From Malacoraja senta (Eukaryota): 64,000 nt of DNA. The notes beneath the pieces are model-generated. The model searched no databases and had not been told where the DNA came from. It saw nothing but the letters and a program-made list of their open reading frames with translations. The DNA lies in assembly GCA_038087875.1 (NCBI GenBank), contig CM075993.1, positions 11,658,001 through 11,722,000 on the forward strand, written 5' to 3'. Positions 61,791-64,000 of this stretch are shown here, piece after piece. The position numbers and the translations under genes were made by a program. Each line of letters opens with the position of its first letter. Position 1 is the first letter of the stretch.

Positions 61791-62831
61791 GTAGGTATGT
61801 TACAATACTTACCTTCAGCAGCGCTGCAATTCTGCCACTGGCCATGTGCGCGATTTTGGCGCCTTTGAGGGGGGGGGCAGGGTTAAAATGCAGGTTTCTC
61901 CTACCTTGTCCTGTATTATATTTCGTTGGAGTGCCAGCTTTTGCTGAAAAATCGTTCCAACGGGCGTTTTGTGTATTTTTTATTTTTATTCGCCCGACCA
62001 GTTCAGCGCTGGAATTATTTTAAAATCAGCTTCGAAAGCCATCAACGCCGACAATGGGGACGGATTTCACGCACGGGACAGGTAAACGAAAGCAGTTTAT
62101 ATTATGTATAAAAGTGCTTCTTAAGAGGCCTTTAATTCACATTTTTTAATGCGAAATGGTGAATCTATTCCCCGAACTAACGGCAAAATTTTTCATGCCG
62201 ATACGGGGTTAAGTTCACCGCAAATCAACGTTCCAAATGATCGCGTTCCAGAAAACCCCACTCGCAAGATGATTTAAATGCCCTTTAATTTACAGGTATT
62301 AAACATTAAATTCCTTCCATTTGGCCTGTAAATCCATGACAATGAGATTTTAAAATTATGTTATATTGTGAATTCTTGTGTGAATGTTATTTGGACACTT
62401 AGGCTATTTAAAAATGTTAATCTATTCTTAAGAAATTGATAGATGTTTAGATCTAGTAATTGAATTTTGTAATTAGCTACAATTACATAACTAACTAATT
62501 ATATGCTTTAATTTCATGTCATCTAAGTAAGATTGTTTCATATTTGTTTCAGAATGCTTCAATCTATAATAACTGAAAATTTATTTCAGTTCTCTTAATT
62601 TTTAAGAAAGTTATGGGCTTTTGACTGTCCTTGATCACAGCTTTTGTGTTAAGTCAATGGAAAAGCAATAGGGAACAAGATGCTAACTTCTGAGTATGAA
62701 AATGGCCATAACGTTTTTAATACTGAAGATATGAAAGTGAATTAGGTGTCAAATTAAACGTCTTTTTATGCTTTATCTGATGGGATAAATTACAGACTTG
62801 ATTTTTAAAATCTCAAAATGTTGTAACATTG
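61791..62831. mobile_element. Putative AT-rich non-autonomous DNA transposon
   Basis: ATGTTACAA near the left end and TTGTAACAT near the right end; CTATACCTA at 61782-61790 and 62832-62840. Confidence 0.6.
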
Positions 62832-63124
62832 CTATACCTATGTTGCTAGTGCCCAGGTGGACCACCGCACCTGGACCCTCCCTCTCCTGGGAAACATTTA
62901 CAACTGTCTGCTGTTTCTTGTGGTCTTGGGCAGAGCTGTTCCCAAACCCAGCTGTGGTGTCACCCGACAGTAGGCCTTCGACGTAGGAAGGAACCACAGA
63001 GGCTGGTTTACACCAAAGATAGACACAAAAAGCTGGAGTAAATCAGCGGGCCAGACAGCATCTCTGGAGACACGGAATAAGTGACATTTTGCTCAAGTTT
63101 GTAAGAGATTGAAGTAGAGTTTTT

Positions 63125-63310
63125 TAAAAAATATATAACCAAAAATAATTTATTCGCCTATTTACAATAATATGTACAATACTAAATTATTCAAAACAAA
63201 CCCAGCGCCACAATGCAAGCAAAACAAATTTGCTAAATAAACTGTTATACATCACCATCCGTATTGAGGATACATTCCGCCCCCCGCGGTGCCCAGCGGT
63301 CCCGGAAAAC
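63125..63310 (-). mobile_element. Tx1-like LINE extreme 3' end
   Basis: Minus strand encodes VFRDRWAPRGAECILNTDGDV-stop, homologous to FRGRWASRGVECIFDKD at 42930/43500. Confidence 0.65.
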
Positions 63311-63763
63311 AAGGAGAGGCATTGGTTGTCCTTCTTGGAATTCGCAACAATGTGATTGATCCACCGTCACATTTTTGGCAATATTAACAGCGTGGAAGTT
63401 TGCAACTATTCCCACTTCAGCACCATTGTTGCTAATTGGGGCATGTACTCCACCAAGCGTGGGTTTTCTCCGGGTGCTCCGGTTTCCTCCCACACTCCAA
63501 AGACGTGCAGGTTTGTAGGTTAATTGCCTTCTGTAAATTGTCCCTAGTGTGTGGGATAGAACTGGTGCATGGGTGATTGTTGGCTGGTGTGGACTCGTTG
63601 GCCGAGGGGCTTGTTTCCGCTGTATCTCTCAACTAAAGTAAGACTTCACCCCCTCCCCTCTGTCCCCCCTCCCCTCTCCCCCCCCTTCTCTATTCCTTCA
63701 GCCACATCCTCAAAGATCGGCAAGAGATTAGACAAATATAATTTTTTCCTCATAGCTCACAAA

Positions 63764-63990
63764 AGGGTGGCCCGGTGGCGCAGAGGTCGAGTTGCTGCCT
63801 TACAGCGCCAGAGATCCGGGTTCGATCCTGACTACGGATGCTGTCTGTACGGAGTTCGTACGTTCTCCCCATGACTGAGTGGGTTTTGTCCGAGAACTTT
63901 GGTGTCCTCCCACACTCCAAAGACATACAGGTTTGTAGGTTAATTGGCTTGGTATAAATGTAAAAATTGTCTCAAGTGTAGGTTAGTGTT
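63764..63990 (+). mobile_element. HE1-type SINE
   Basis: Head with B-box and V-domain. Confidence 0.88.
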
Positions 63991-64000
63991 CTTCTTCTTC

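Overview
This window is eukaryotic, repeat-saturated, non-genic (intronic or intergenic) DNA. The host is very likely a cartilaginous fish (skate/ray/shark), inferred from about 20 copies of an HE1-type tRNA/V-domain SINE that shares its 3' tail with HER1/CR1 LINEs. No host protein-coding exon could be supported. Every credible ORF is retroelement-derived: CR1 RT at 9.7-11.6, 27.1-28.1 and 44.9-46.8 kb, Rex1/Babar-like RT C-termini, L1/Tx1 ORF2 C-termini, and Neptune-type Penelope GIY-YIG endonuclease. The main structural findings are five. (1) More than 10 Penelope-end copies carry a minimal type I hammerhead ribozyme motif (CUGAAGA-A-stem II-GAAAC-GUH) with covarying stem II, and several sit in inverted pairs. 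(2) A GC-rich, non-tRNA, non-coding retroposon family of about 0.8 kb has two structurally conserved hairpins. (3) A 3'-terminal stem-loop, conserved in structure but not sequence, is shared by Rex1-like LINEs and these non-autonomous elements. (4) There are several non-autonomous DNA transposons with TIRs and TSDs. (5) Multi-level nested insertions can be ordered by their TSDs. The window also has a 7-mer minisatellite, C/G-rich low-complexity tracts, a 200-N assembly gap, and short unique AT-rich islands that may be conserved non-coding elements. Family names come from recognising motifs, not from a database search. Boundaries are approximate unless a TSD or TIR is quoted.
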